From a virus: a DNA stretch of 64,000 bases. The notes below the pieces were generated by a model, which worked only from the letters and a program-made list of their open reading frames with translations, did not search any database and had not been told where the DNA came from. A program made the position numbers and the translations under genes. The DNA lies in the IMG/VR virus record IMGVR_UViG_3300009601_000004, positions 1 to 64,000 of that record. The stretch is one strand, 5' to 3'. Below, piece by piece: positions 55,781 through 64,000 of this stretch. Every line of letters begins with the position of its first letter. Positions within the stretch are counted from its first letter, which is position 1.

Positions 55781-57009
55781 ACCCGCTCAAGCAACTAGCA
55801 GCTCGTGGGGCCATCTACGCTCAGCGCTACACGGGAAGTGCGGGCCAGATTGCACGCCGCACCAGTGACATCGTCGAGACGTGGTTTCACGCGCAAGAGG
55901 GTCCAGCCATCCTGCGGGGAGTGGCCGCCGTGTCCATCCTGAGCCAGCTGGCCGACCTTGTCCACACCATGTGGGACTTTGACCAGCTGATAGTAGCTGC
56001 AGGGTGGGAGCTAGTGCCTATGGGCAAGGATGCGCACACAGCCCTCATCACACGACTACGACCCTTTGCTCTGCGCTCACCGGACATCGAAGACGACGAC
56101 GGGGAAGGCCTAAGCGTCCTCACCTGGGTCGACGAGCACGGGCGGGCCGTTGTGATGGCGACCGAAAACAGGTGGGACGAAAAGTTTGCAGAAGTCGAGC
56201 CCGGTGCTCTTGATGCCCTGATCGGGTTTCATGTGTGGAGCCAGCCTATTTTGGAGGTTGTGCGGACCACCGACGAGGACGGCAGACACACAGTCACGCT
56301 GAACCCCTGCTCTGAGCCTGACCGGACCTTGGTGGGCAACCAGGTCCAGTCTGTGCAACAGGCTTGTGTGGTGTCGGAGGATACGCGGATTGTGGCTGTG
56401 CTGGGCTCGACGGGGTCAGGCAAGACATCCAGCGTCTATCAAGCGCTGTCAGGCCGTCGCGTGCTCTGCAACGTGGGGAACGTGCTGAGCCCGAGTAGCC
56501 TGATGGTGTTGGTACGCACGCTCAAGCCGGACGTGGTGGTTCTAGATGACCTAGAGATGTCAGACGACTTCGACGCCGGTCTAGGGCGGGCACTTGACCA
56601 GCTGCACCAAGAGGTACCGCTGGTCATCATCACCGTGATGCTGGACGAGTTCCTGTCGGTAGAGGAGATGGAAGCTGGGGCAATGTACTGGTCTGGAATG
56701 CGACCGGGCCGCATTGATCAGTTTGTGTTCATCGGCAAGCTCGATGACGGTGACCGCGCGAAGGTGCTCGATCTGTACGGGTGCCCTCCATCGCTGCTCG
56801 CAGAGGCCGTAGCAGGCACAGGCTGCCTTAGTGCTGCGTATCTACGGGAGACGGCCCTACGTCTCAAAGCGGGGGGTGACCTCGCTACGACGCTCCGCGA
56901 CATCCGCCTGCAAGCCCCCATCGAGATGTCCCCGGATGGCCTCGACTCGCAGGGCAAGCATTCGCGCAAATCTGTCACCACACCCGATGAAAACGAGGAC
57001 AGCCCATGA
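55777..57009 (+). CDS. AAA+ ATPase
   Basis: GSTGSGKTS, VVVLDD, RPGRID. Confidence 0.85.
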   Translation: MNPLKQLAARGAIYAQRYTGSAGQIARRTSDIVETWFHAQEGPAILRGVAAVSILSQLADLVHTMWDFDQLIVAAGWELVPMGKDAHTALITRLRPFALRSPDIEDDDGEGLSVLTWVDEHGRAVVMATENRWDEKFAEVEPGALDALIGFHVWSQPILEVVRTTDEDGRHTVTLNPCSEPDRTLVGNQVQSVQQACVVSEDTRIVAVLGSTGSGKTSSVYQALSGRRVLCNVGNVLSPSSLMVLVRTLKPDVVVLDDLEMSDDFDAGLGRALDQLHQEVPLVIITVMLDEFLSVEEMEAGAMYWSGMRPGRIDQFVFIGKLDDGDRAKVLDLYGCPPSLLAEAVAGTGCLSAAYLRETALRLKAGGDLATTLRDIRLQAPIEMSPDGLDSQGKHSRKSVTTPDENEDSP

Positions 57010-59150
57010 GACCGATTGCACTCCCCCCAGCACCAGGCACTGCAGCTACGGTTGACAACCGCAAAGTTAGCTACCCTGCGCATACCCGTCGCAAGGTGCA
57101 AGCCGCGCTTGACCGGCTCGACCCTGACCAGACGCGCAGCTCACAAGCTGTGCGAGCTGGCAAGCGGGGCGCGCTACGCATTGCAGCGACCGCAGGGTCA
57201 GGCAAGACGACGTCGCTAATCGCAACGCTCGCAGCGCTCATCGTGCTTGATGACGTGGACCCTCGCGAGATCTGCGCAGTCACGTTCACAAACAAGGCGG
57301 GTACCGAGATGCGCGAGCGCCTCGCACACCTCATTGGCCTAGTGCCCAAGGGCCTGCGCATGGGTACGTTTCACGCCCTTGCCCTGTCACGTCTTCGCGA
57401 GCTGGACAAGGACCGTGGGTGGGCGAATGACCGCAACCTCGACATCGCACGGTTTGACTCCGCCATACCGTCATCTAAAGAGATGTGGGAGTCAATCATA
57501 GGCTGGCGGCGAGGTGGCGTCTTTGGCAGTGAAGAGAAGTCCTTGTCTATCGACGGGGCGGATTGGCAAGAATACCAGCTTGTGGTCGACCAGCTTCGAG
57601 GGTCCGGTTTGCGCGTCAGTGACGACCCCCTCAAGGTGGCGGAAGCCTGCGAAAAGAAAGGTCTGCCCAGTCTGTACACGGCGTGGAAGCTGTTCGCTGG
57701 CGGCAAATCGCAGCTCAACATCTGGGACTTTGCCGATGCCCTAGACGCCTATCTCGACCTCATCACAGACGGTCGGGAGCCTTGGACGCCTCGGTACATC
57801 GTGGTGGATGAGGCCCAAGATAACAACATGGTGCAGCTGTCTGTCGCCATGGCTCAGCGCGCTGTGACTGACGGTACATTGGTGCTCGTCGGTGACGGCT
57901 CACAGAGCATCTACGAATGGCGTGGCGCGACGCCGGAGGTATTTTGCAAAGCAGACACTCTCATACCGGGCACTGAAACGACCACGCTACCCAACAACTA
58001 CCGCTCTGTCCCGGCCATCGTAGCGCTGGGCAACCGAGTCGGCGAAACACTGGGGAACGAGTGGACTGCCGGCCTTGTCGCCCGTGCCATCCGCCGCAGT
58101 GTGCCAAGCATCCAGCCTGTGGGGGCACTCGTAGGCAAAGACCCACTGATGACCGCCTACCTAGCAGCCGACGTCATTGCCAAGGCCGTGAAGGAAGGGG
58201 GAAAGCCCGACGACTTCGCTATCCTCATCCGCACCAACAACGCCGCCGCTCTCTACGAGGGTGCGCTCATGGCGAGGGGCATTCCATGTGTCCGCTGGGG
58301 CGGTACGCCTTTCTGGGAACGACACGACGTGCTCGGTTTCGTCGGGTACCTTCTGTTGGCGGAAGGCGGCAAAGGTGGTCGGGTAGCTGACACAACGCTC
58401 GTGCAGGACGGTGGGGCCTTCCGGCGCATTGTCAATCAACCTCTGCGCTACTTGCCCCGTGCGTGGACTGACGCCGTCGTAGACCGTGTCTACAACGGAG
58501 CCCCCTTGGTAGAGGCCATTCGGGATGAGCGCAGAGGCCTGAAACAAAAGAGCCAAGTGCGAACAGGCGAACTTGCCAGTTTCATCGAGCGCATTCAAGG
58601 CCACAGCTGGGAACACACCCTGTCAGTCGTGCGGCGCAAGATGGTCGAGGGAATCCCAAGGGACAATGGTCAGCAACCTGACGAAGAGAAACGCGCGGTT
58701 CCTGCGACATGCGCCGGCATCGCCAAGCGCGAATACTGCGGTGGGGAGCCGATGAGCAATGGCCTGCAATTCGCGCGGTACGCTGATGCAGGTGCGCGCA
58801 ACGCGGCGCGGGCAAATGGTCAAATCCCGGAGGGTAGGACCGTCCTGTCCACCGTCCACCGTTTCAAGGGCCTAGAACGCCCCCGCGTCATCATTCCGAT
58901 GGAAGATGGCCTATTCCCACACAAAAACTCGAAGGGTGACCCTGGCCGTTACGGCGAAGAACAGCGTTTGTTCTACGTGGCTGTGACCCGTGGACGTGAC
59001 CAGGTGTTGGTCACATGCTCACGCGCCAACCTAGATGGCGAGCCTCTTGGCACGTCGGACTTTGTGGACTTCCTGCCTGATGACGTGCGTAGCGACATCA
59101 AGGACGCCATGGCTATCGACGACTACGGCGACGAGGGGTACGAAGAATGA
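57006..59150 (+). CDS. uvrD: UvrD/Rep/PcrA-family helicase
   Basis: ATAGSGKT, TFTNKA, VDEAQD, VGDGSQSIYEWRGA, NYRS, TVHRFKGLE, LFYVAVTR. Confidence 0.95.
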   Translation: MRPIALPPAPGTAATVDNRKVSYPAHTRRKVQAALDRLDPDQTRSSQAVRAGKRGALRIAATAGSGKTTSLIATLAALIVLDDVDPREICAVTFTNKAGTEMRERLAHLIGLVPKGLRMGTFHALALSRLRELDKDRGWANDRNLDIARFDSAIPSSKEMWESIIGWRRGGVFGSEEKSLSIDGADWQEYQLVVDQLRGSGLRVSDDPLKVAEACEKKGLPSLYTAWKLFAGGKSQLNIWDFADALDAYLDLITDGREPWTPRYIVVDEAQDNNMVQLSVAMAQRAVTDGTLVLVGDGSQSIYEWRGATPEVFCKADTLIPGTETTTLPNNYRSVPAIVALGNRVGETLGNEWTAGLVARAIRRSVPSIQPVGALVGKDPLMTAYLAADVIAKAVKEGGKPDDFAILIRTNNAAALYEGALMARGIPCVRWGGTPFWERHDVLGFVGYLLLAEGGKGGRVADTTLVQDGGAFRRIVNQPLRYLPRAWTDAVVDRVYNGAPLVEAIRDERRGLKQKSQVRTGELASFIERIQGHSWEHTLSVVRRKMVEGIPRDNGQQPDEEKRAVPATCAGIAKREYCGGEPMSNGLQFARYADAGARNAARANGQIPEGRTVLSTVHRFKGLERPRVIIPMEDGLFPHKNSKGDPGRYGEEQRLFYVAVTRGRDQVLVTCSRANLDGEPLGTSDFVDFLPDDVRSDIKDAMAIDDYGDEGYEE

Positions 59151-60034
59151 AACGCGCAGGCTCCAAAGGTGGGCCCACCACACAAACACAAGCCAAGTTC
59201 CGTGCCCAGTTCGGCAAGTACCTCGCGGACCAAGGGCTGTCCGACGCAACAGTCAAGCAGTACGTGGGGCGTGGCGCGGCTTGTCTGCGCTCGCGTCAGA
59301 CGCCAGCGCAATGGCTGCAGTCTAAGGTGGGTAAGGGGGCACCTCGCGGGACCGTGCTGGGGTACCGTAGTGCAGCGCAGCACCTGCACGCCTTCCTGTC
59401 CATTGTGAAGCCTAGCATCGCAGGAGAGCCCCCTAAGGTCGACATGAAGCGTGTCGTCAAGAAGCGGCAGCTTCGGCTGAACAGTAGTCTTGATCCCGAA
59501 CGCCTCAAGATGTACATAGATGCCGTGCTCGCCGATAAGGTCATCTCACCCGAAGCGCGCGCCATCCTGCTGCTTTTGCCCTTCACGGGTTTGCGCGTTT
59601 CGGAGGCTTGCAACCTGCGACCGTCGCACCTGGTCAAGCAGGGCAATGTGCGCTGCATTCACGTAGCCGACGGCAAAGGGAACAAGGAGCGCTTCGTCCC
59701 CATGGGCAAGCGTGCCAAGCAGATCACTGACCACTACCAGCGCAAACACCGCTTGCAGGGGCCTTGGCTCTTTCCGAGTCCGATGTCCCCCTCCCGACCC
59801 ATCACACCCAACAACGTGCGTGTTCACCACCGCCGCATCCGCAGAGGTTTAGGGCCGGACTGGGAGTCTGTCCTTGTCCATGACCTACGGCATACGTTCG
59901 CGTCGCTGCTCATCGAGCGTGGTGTGCCCCTGCCGGCCGTCAAAGACCTGCTAGGGCATGAGAGCGTGAAGACCACCGAGATCTACATCCACAGCAACGC
60001 GAGCGCACTCAAAAAGTACGTCGACCAGCTCTGA
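59147..60034 (+). CDS. Tyrosine recombinase (XerC/D-like), intact
   Basis: GLRVSE, GKGNK, HDLRH, LLGH, TEIY. Confidence 0.95.
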   Translation: MKRAGSKGGPTTQTQAKFRAQFGKYLADQGLSDATVKQYVGRGAACLRSRQTPAQWLQSKVGKGAPRGTVLGYRSAAQHLHAFLSIVKPSIAGEPPKVDMKRVVKKRQLRLNSSLDPERLKMYIDAVLADKVISPEARAILLLLPFTGLRVSEACNLRPSHLVKQGNVRCIHVADGKGNKERFVPMGKRAKQITDHYQRKHRLQGPWLFPSPMSPSRPITPNNVRVHHRRIRRGLGPDWESVLVHDLRHTFASLLIERGVPLPAVKDLLGHESVKTTEIYIHSNASALKKYVDQL

Positions 60035-60039
60035 CAGGG

Positions 60040-60846
60040 CTAGGAAGGCTTCACGAGCAAGCCGACCATACGGCCGTTCGCGTCGTTCATCACGCTTAGG
60101 GCCATCATGTCCGACCCACGGAGAGCAGCCATCTGGGGGTGACCGTCGATGGTGACAATGCCGTGGTTAGCGGCACGGCAGCTGTCCAGCGCCTGCAACG
60201 AAGTAGCAGCCAACGGCGCGGCAGACGCGCGAGTGCCATCTGCGTGCTTGGCGAGGTAAGCCTTGATACCTCCCATTATAGTGAATGCTTGGCGCTGATC
60301 TGGCACGCTGACGCGCCACGTACCGTCCGGCAATTTTGCGTAAGGCTGGCGAGCGCGGCGGGCCAAGAACTCTGCTTTAGGTCCGACAATGTCAACAGCG
60401 TAGCCGCTACGTGCTTCCTGCGGCTTGCGCCAGCGGGTGTCGACCATGTCAGCACCTGCGAGGACCAGGAGGCCGTTCGCGCGTACTGAACCATAGGGCA
60501 CTTCGGTGAGGTCCGACTTGGCCGCGGCAGCTGCAATGGACTGCTCATGCACGATCTCTAGTCGGCGGTGGCTTTCAATGAGTTCCTGCTTAGCGGCACC
60601 CAGGCGACCGATGAGCGCTTGGTCTTCCTGCGCCTGCGCGATTGCGGCGTCAAGCTGCGTTTGCACAACCTCGGTCGCCTTAACGGCAGCGTAGGCGGCG
60701 GATTCTGCCGTTTCCTGCGCCTTGATCGCATCGTCTGCCTCGGTCTGCAGGCTCACAATGCGGTTCGATAGTTTGGTGTTTTCCGTCTTCAGTGACGTGA
60801 GTGTCGGCTTCTTTGGCGCGGCTTTACTGGGGGTTTCGTCTGGCAT
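60040..60846 (-). CDS. Coiled-coil hypothetical protein
   Basis: AGGAG RBS; operator-like CACCGCTCGCGGGA at 60881-60894. Confidence 0.75.
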   Translation of the reverse strand: MPDETPSKAAPKKPTLTSLKTENTKLSNRIVSLQTEADDAIKAQETAESAAYAAVKATEVVQTQLDAAIAQAQEDQALIGRLGAAKQELIESHRRLEIVHEQSIAAAAAKSDLTEVPYGSVRANGLLVLAGADMVDTRWRKPQEARSGYAVDIVGPKAEFLARRARQPYAKLPDGTWRVSVPDQRQAFTIMGGIKAYLAKHADGTRASAAPLAATSLQALDSCRAANHGIVTIDGHPQMAALRGSDMMALSVMNDANGRMVGLLVKPS

Positions 60847-60950
60847 GATGGCTCCTGTGCTTAGTGCGCCGGTAGCTTAACACCGCTCGCGGGACAGAGA
60901 GCGAGTATGAGAAGGTTGCAACCTTGCGCGTGCGCGGGTAGTATGCGCGT

Positions 60951-61030
60951 GGACATGCCAGTCCTCTCGTGTAGTGCGTTTCGCCGCGCCAAGACGCCCC
61001 CAGTCGATTGACTGGGGGTGTTCGTGTTTT
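60951..61030 (+). ncRNA. Candidate ~80-nt small RNA
   Basis: TTGCAA(60916-21)-N17-TAGTAT(60939-44) promoter, and a terminator hairpin at 60994-61021 followed by TCGTGTTTT. Confidence 0.35.
60994..61030 (+). terminator. Intrinsic terminator hairpin
   Basis: ACGCCCCCAGTC-GATT-GACTGGGGGTGT followed by a T-rich tail. Confidence 0.65.
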
Positions 61031-61035
61031 GGGGC

Positions 61036-62169
61036 TTAGTGCAGGCCTCGGACCCCACCGCCAAGCGAAACAGAGCGAAGCCCCGACATGCGGTTCGAGC
61101 TGCTTTGCTTGATGTGGATGGTACCGCCCTTGATGGACATGTCGGCGTTGCTGTGCTTGTACCCGCGCGACTGTGCCCATGCACGCGCGCTAGTGGGTGT
61201 GAACTGCGGTCGAGGGAAGACAAGCACTTTCATGGCCTGTGGGTTTTTGCGGGGCTTCGTCATCAGCTTAGCCATGTGTGCCGGTCCTTTGGCCAGGATG
61301 GGGTCGATGGTGCGTATAGCTGCGGCGTCGCCTTGGTCGGCGAGGTCGGCGAGGCGAAATAGACGCTCCATCTCTGGGACATTGGCGTTGCCCTGCTTGT
61401 ACGCGGTGTGCGAACCTTTACCTAGCGTGGACAAGCGAGTGGACTTGAGCTGCAGCTCGACGGGCACTTCAACCATGCGCCCGTCTTCGGTTTCCAGCTC
61501 GCGCATCAGCGTGAAGTGGTAAGCGCGGTAGCCGTTGTTGGGGCTGGTGTAAAAGTCGTCGTCTAGCTTGGCGCGGCCCAGTGCCCCGCCTTCGATGATT
61601 TTGCGCATACTCTCCACACCATAGCGGTCGGGCATTACGATGGTGGTGGCTACCACGTCTGTAAGTCCCTTCTTACCCACAAGACGCTTACGGCGCAGCT
61701 TGTTGATCATCGAGTAGGGCGTCTTGACGCGTCCAATGAATTTGCCACCTCGCTTGGTTGCGATCTGTTCCACGTCACGCCTGACGTCTTGAAAGAGCCC
61801 CTGCATCGAGTCGCGGTAATCCAGCAGCTTACCCATCTCTTCAGACAGCTTGGTCTCTTCGATACGGCGGGTGTTCTGTTTGCCGTAGGGTTCAGGGTCG
61901 TCAACCGCTGGGATGCCGTCCCCATCGAAATCGTTGAAGAACGCCGGGTAGTCCTTGCGGCTTAGGCGTGTGTCACCTGTCGCATGGACTGCGTACTCTT
62001 CCGCTCCGCTGTTTGGTCTGACCGAGGGACGCACCACCATGACAGCGTGGCCTTCGCCGTCGTAGACGTGACACGGCTTGTTGGTCGCTGCTGCCTGTTG
62101 GTGAGCGCGCCGTAGTGCGTTCTTTTTGCGTGTGTAAACTGTCGAACGGCCGTCAATGGTGAAGGGCAT
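61036..62169 (-). CDS. RelA/SpoT synthetase-domain protein (small alarmone synthetase-like) with extra small domains
   Basis: GRVKTPYSMINK, LTDVV, NGYRAYH, VELQLKS, SHTAYK. Confidence 0.85.
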   Translation of the reverse strand: MPFTIDGRSTVYTRKKNALRRAHQQAAATNKPCHVYDGEGHAVMVVRPSVRPNSGAEEYAVHATGDTRLSRKDYPAFFNDFDGDGIPAVDDPEPYGKQNTRRIEETKLSEEMGKLLDYRDSMQGLFQDVRRDVEQIATKRGGKFIGRVKTPYSMINKLRRKRLVGKKGLTDVVATTIVMPDRYGVESMRKIIEGGALGRAKLDDDFYTSPNNGYRAYHFTLMRELETEDGRMVEVPVELQLKSTRLSTLGKGSHTAYKQGNANVPEMERLFRLADLADQGDAAAIRTIDPILAKGPAHMAKLMTKPRKNPQAMKVLVFPRPQFTPTSARAWAQSRGYKHSNADMSIKGGTIHIKQSSSNRMSGLRSVSLGGGVRGLH

Positions 62170-62172
62170 GTG

Positions 62173-63096
62173 TCATCTCCGGGTCATGTATAGAGCGATG
62201 GCGTAGGCGTCCCAAGTGTGTCGATGCTTGCGCAGACGTCGGGGTAGCCGTGGGTTGTTTTTGTCGTTGACCAGGTCCTGCAGTTCACGCCAGACACGCG
62301 AATCGCGGCCTACTTCGGTAGGTGTCAGCCCCAGCAAAGAAGAGGCCCAAGTGCGTTTGTCTATGACGGTTCGGCCTTGGCTTGCCCCATCGGAAGCAAT
62401 GGCGTTGACGACGTCGGCACTCCGCTTGTCCTTGCCGCCGCCCCACGTCTCTTCCACGACCAGGCGATAGGTGCCTTGCGCGAGCTGTGCGGCTCGTGCG
62501 GCGATGTGCTCGCCGATACCGGCCATCGTATCGAACGTCAGTACCTCACCGCTCCCTGCGGCTTCTAGCAGCCCTCGACCGCCTTTACTGTCTTCGTCCC
62601 AAGACCAGCCCCAAGCACCCAAGATGCGCCTGCCATCTGCCGTGATGAGGACGGCGGCACCGCTGGGGCCGTCGTCGACTGCGAGCACTGGGTTAGCGTG
62701 GCGCGGGTTGCGCTTGACCGTCGGTGTGCTGCGGGCCAGCAGCTCGATACGACCCGTCAAGGTGGGACCGTTGAGTGACTGATAGCCTTTCGTGATGAGC
62801 TGGTTGCTGTACGACGCAGCGACACCAGAGGCGTGCGAGACGGTGATGTGATGTGGGCCCACAGAAGGAAGTCCACGAGGCAGCTCAACGACCAGAGCCT
62901 GCGCCTGCTGGTCTTGCGCCACTCCTACCACTTTCATGCGCACTGCACGCCCGACAAGGTCAGGCAGAGCGGACAGCGCGAGTGTGACGTGGTCCGCAGT
63001 GACATGGGGATGTGCAGGCGCCACGGCGCGTAGCACAGCTCGCCGTGACTTAGGGGACAGCTTGACCGCGGTGTATTCGCGACGACGCTTTGTCAT
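62173..63096 (-). CDS. 2H phosphoesterase fused to a RuvC/RNase H-like domain
   Basis: HVTL and HITV motifs; then VLAVDDG, LVVEE, HTWDAYAIA. ATGA coupling. Confidence 0.65.
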   Translation of the reverse strand: MTKRRREYTAVKLSPKSRRAVLRAVAPAHPHVTADHVTLALSALPDLVGRAVRMKVVGVAQDQQAQALVVELPRGLPSVGPHHITVSHASGVAASYSNQLITKGYQSLNGPTLTGRIELLARSTPTVKRNPRHANPVLAVDDGPSGAAVLITADGRRILGAWGWSWDEDSKGGRGLLEAAGSGEVLTFDTMAGIGEHIAARAAQLAQGTYRLVVEETWGGGKDKRSADVVNAIASDGASQGRTVIDKRTWASSLLGLTPTEVGRDSRVWRELQDLVNDKNNPRLPRRLRKHRHTWDAYAIALYMTRR

Positions 63097-64000
63097 GCGT
63101 CGATACCGGAGGCTTGCAGCTGGAAGGCGTGGGGCCACTTCGCAATGGTGTCCTCCATCCGCAGCATCTCAGCGTGCTCTTTGCCTGGTAGACGCCGACC
63201 GGCCTCTGCGTAGCCCATCATGCGGTCTTCCATCGCAACGTACTGCCGGTACATCTTCGTAGCCACTGCCATCGTGGGGAGGCCGTCGTTGTCGTCGTTG
63301 TCGTTGCTGGCCTGGATGGCCTTCACGAGCTTGCGCCAGTCCCAGTTTGGGATGCCAAAGACTTCCGCAACGTGCATCAGCGCGGCACCTGTAAGGATGC
63401 GCTGCTGCACCTGACCACGCCGGCTCCAGTTGAACCCGCGCAGCTTGCCATGGATGGGAGCACCCCGCTCGTAGGCGAGTTTGATGCGGTCGTCTGTGAT
63501 CTCGATGCCGACCTCGGTACCGTCAGGCGCAACCAAGTTGCCGGACACACCCGAGGCCTCTTTGCGCACGAGGATGTCATCGAGCATGTCGACGGCGGCT
63601 TTCAAGTCGGGCCCCGTGGCTTTACCTTGACGCCTCGCGGCAATCAATAGCTTCAGCTTGCGCAGCTGGATACCGGCTTGACCCCCTGACTCTTCCATGC
63701 GTGCTTTGTTGATCTCACGCTGGGTGACTTTGGCCGCTTGCTTGATCAAGTCGAGCCAGTCCCCTTGCCGGCGGTCGGCACTGTCCGACTTTTTTTGCTC
63801 CCGGCGCTCATTGCGACCACCTCGGCCTGTGATCATCCACGATGTGGTACCTGCCCGCGAGCCCAAAAAGGCGCGGAAAGCGGCTTTGTACTTTGTCAGG
63901 AAGCGGCCTAGCTCGGCAATGGCTGTACGGCGCTGGTTGACTGTATCCGCCATGTCTGCAGCCTCTTCTGCCATGTCATTCCACATACTGGCGTACTCAC
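63093..64000 (-). CDS. C-terminal part of a larger protein (polyvalent-protein-like region)
   Basis: Frame is open to the window edge; SWMITGRGGRNERREQKK motif. Confidence 0.65.
   Translation of the reverse strand, partial: EYASMWNDMAEEAADMADTVNQRRTAIAELGRFLTKYKAAFRAFLGSRAGTTSWMITGRGGRNERREQKKSDSADRRQGDWLDLIKQAAKVTQREINKARMEESGGQAGIQLRKLKLLIAARRQGKATGPDLKAAVDMLDDILVRKEASGVSGNLVAPDGTEVGIEITDDRIKLAYERGAPIHGKLRGFNWSRRGQVQQRILTGAALMHVAEVFGIPNWDWRKLVKAIQASNDNDDNDGLPTMAVATKMYRQYVAMEDRMMGYAEAGRRLPGKEHAEMLRMEDTIAKWPHAFQLQASGIDA

Larger units (their letters stand above)
1..64000. mobile_element. Segment of a bacteriophage or virus-like element
   Basis: Phage-type replication module, phage-type MTase, RNA ligase and DUF3310, many small coupled ORFs, fibre-like proteins, no host core genes. 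No ends or att sites are visible. Confidence 0.9.

Noticed and set aside
1-64000. Alternative genetic code or interrupted genes (introns, inteins)
   Set aside because: Conserved enzymes are full length in the standard code, and no intein or intron signatures were noticed.

Overview
GC-rich, densely coding segment of a bacterial virus or virus-like element. There are no host housekeeping, rRNA, tRNA or CRISPR features, and many genes are translationally coupled. All family calls below come from motif recognition by eye, not database searches. Layout: (1) 1-12.7 kb, minus strand: a putative late/virion block with a membrane-anchored Pro/Gly-rich protein, a sigma70-family factor, a DUF3494 ice-binding protein, a transglutaminase-fold enzyme, a fibre protein and its secreted paralog. 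(2) 14.9-15.15 kb: an AT-rich ~250-bp imperfect palindrome beside a degenerate tyrosine recombinase. (3) 16.4-38 kb, mostly plus strand: small accessory genes (RNA ligase, adenine MTase, two HD hydrolases, HicA-like, Rad50-like ATPase, DUF3310, RNase H) under promoters that share a palindromic operator ACCCGC-NN-GCGGGT. (4) 38.2-51.3 kb, minus strand: a replication module (UDG-PolA fusion, SSB-like, Sak4-like ATPase, PD-(D/E)XK nuclease, SNF2 helicase, DUF3987, DEDDh exonuclease). (5) 51.4-60 kb: membrane proteins, AAA ATPase, UvrD and an intact tyrosine recombinase. (6) 61-64 kb: modular effector-like proteins (RelA/SpoT synthetase; 2H phosphoesterase plus RuvC-like) with (K/R)NP linkers. No capsid, portal or terminase gene is recognisable. 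The most unusual items are a protein (52761-53801) built from short copies of conserved replication-enzyme motifs, including two from this element's own PolA (possible immune decoy); the palindrome plus dead recombinase; and a two-tier promoter system.
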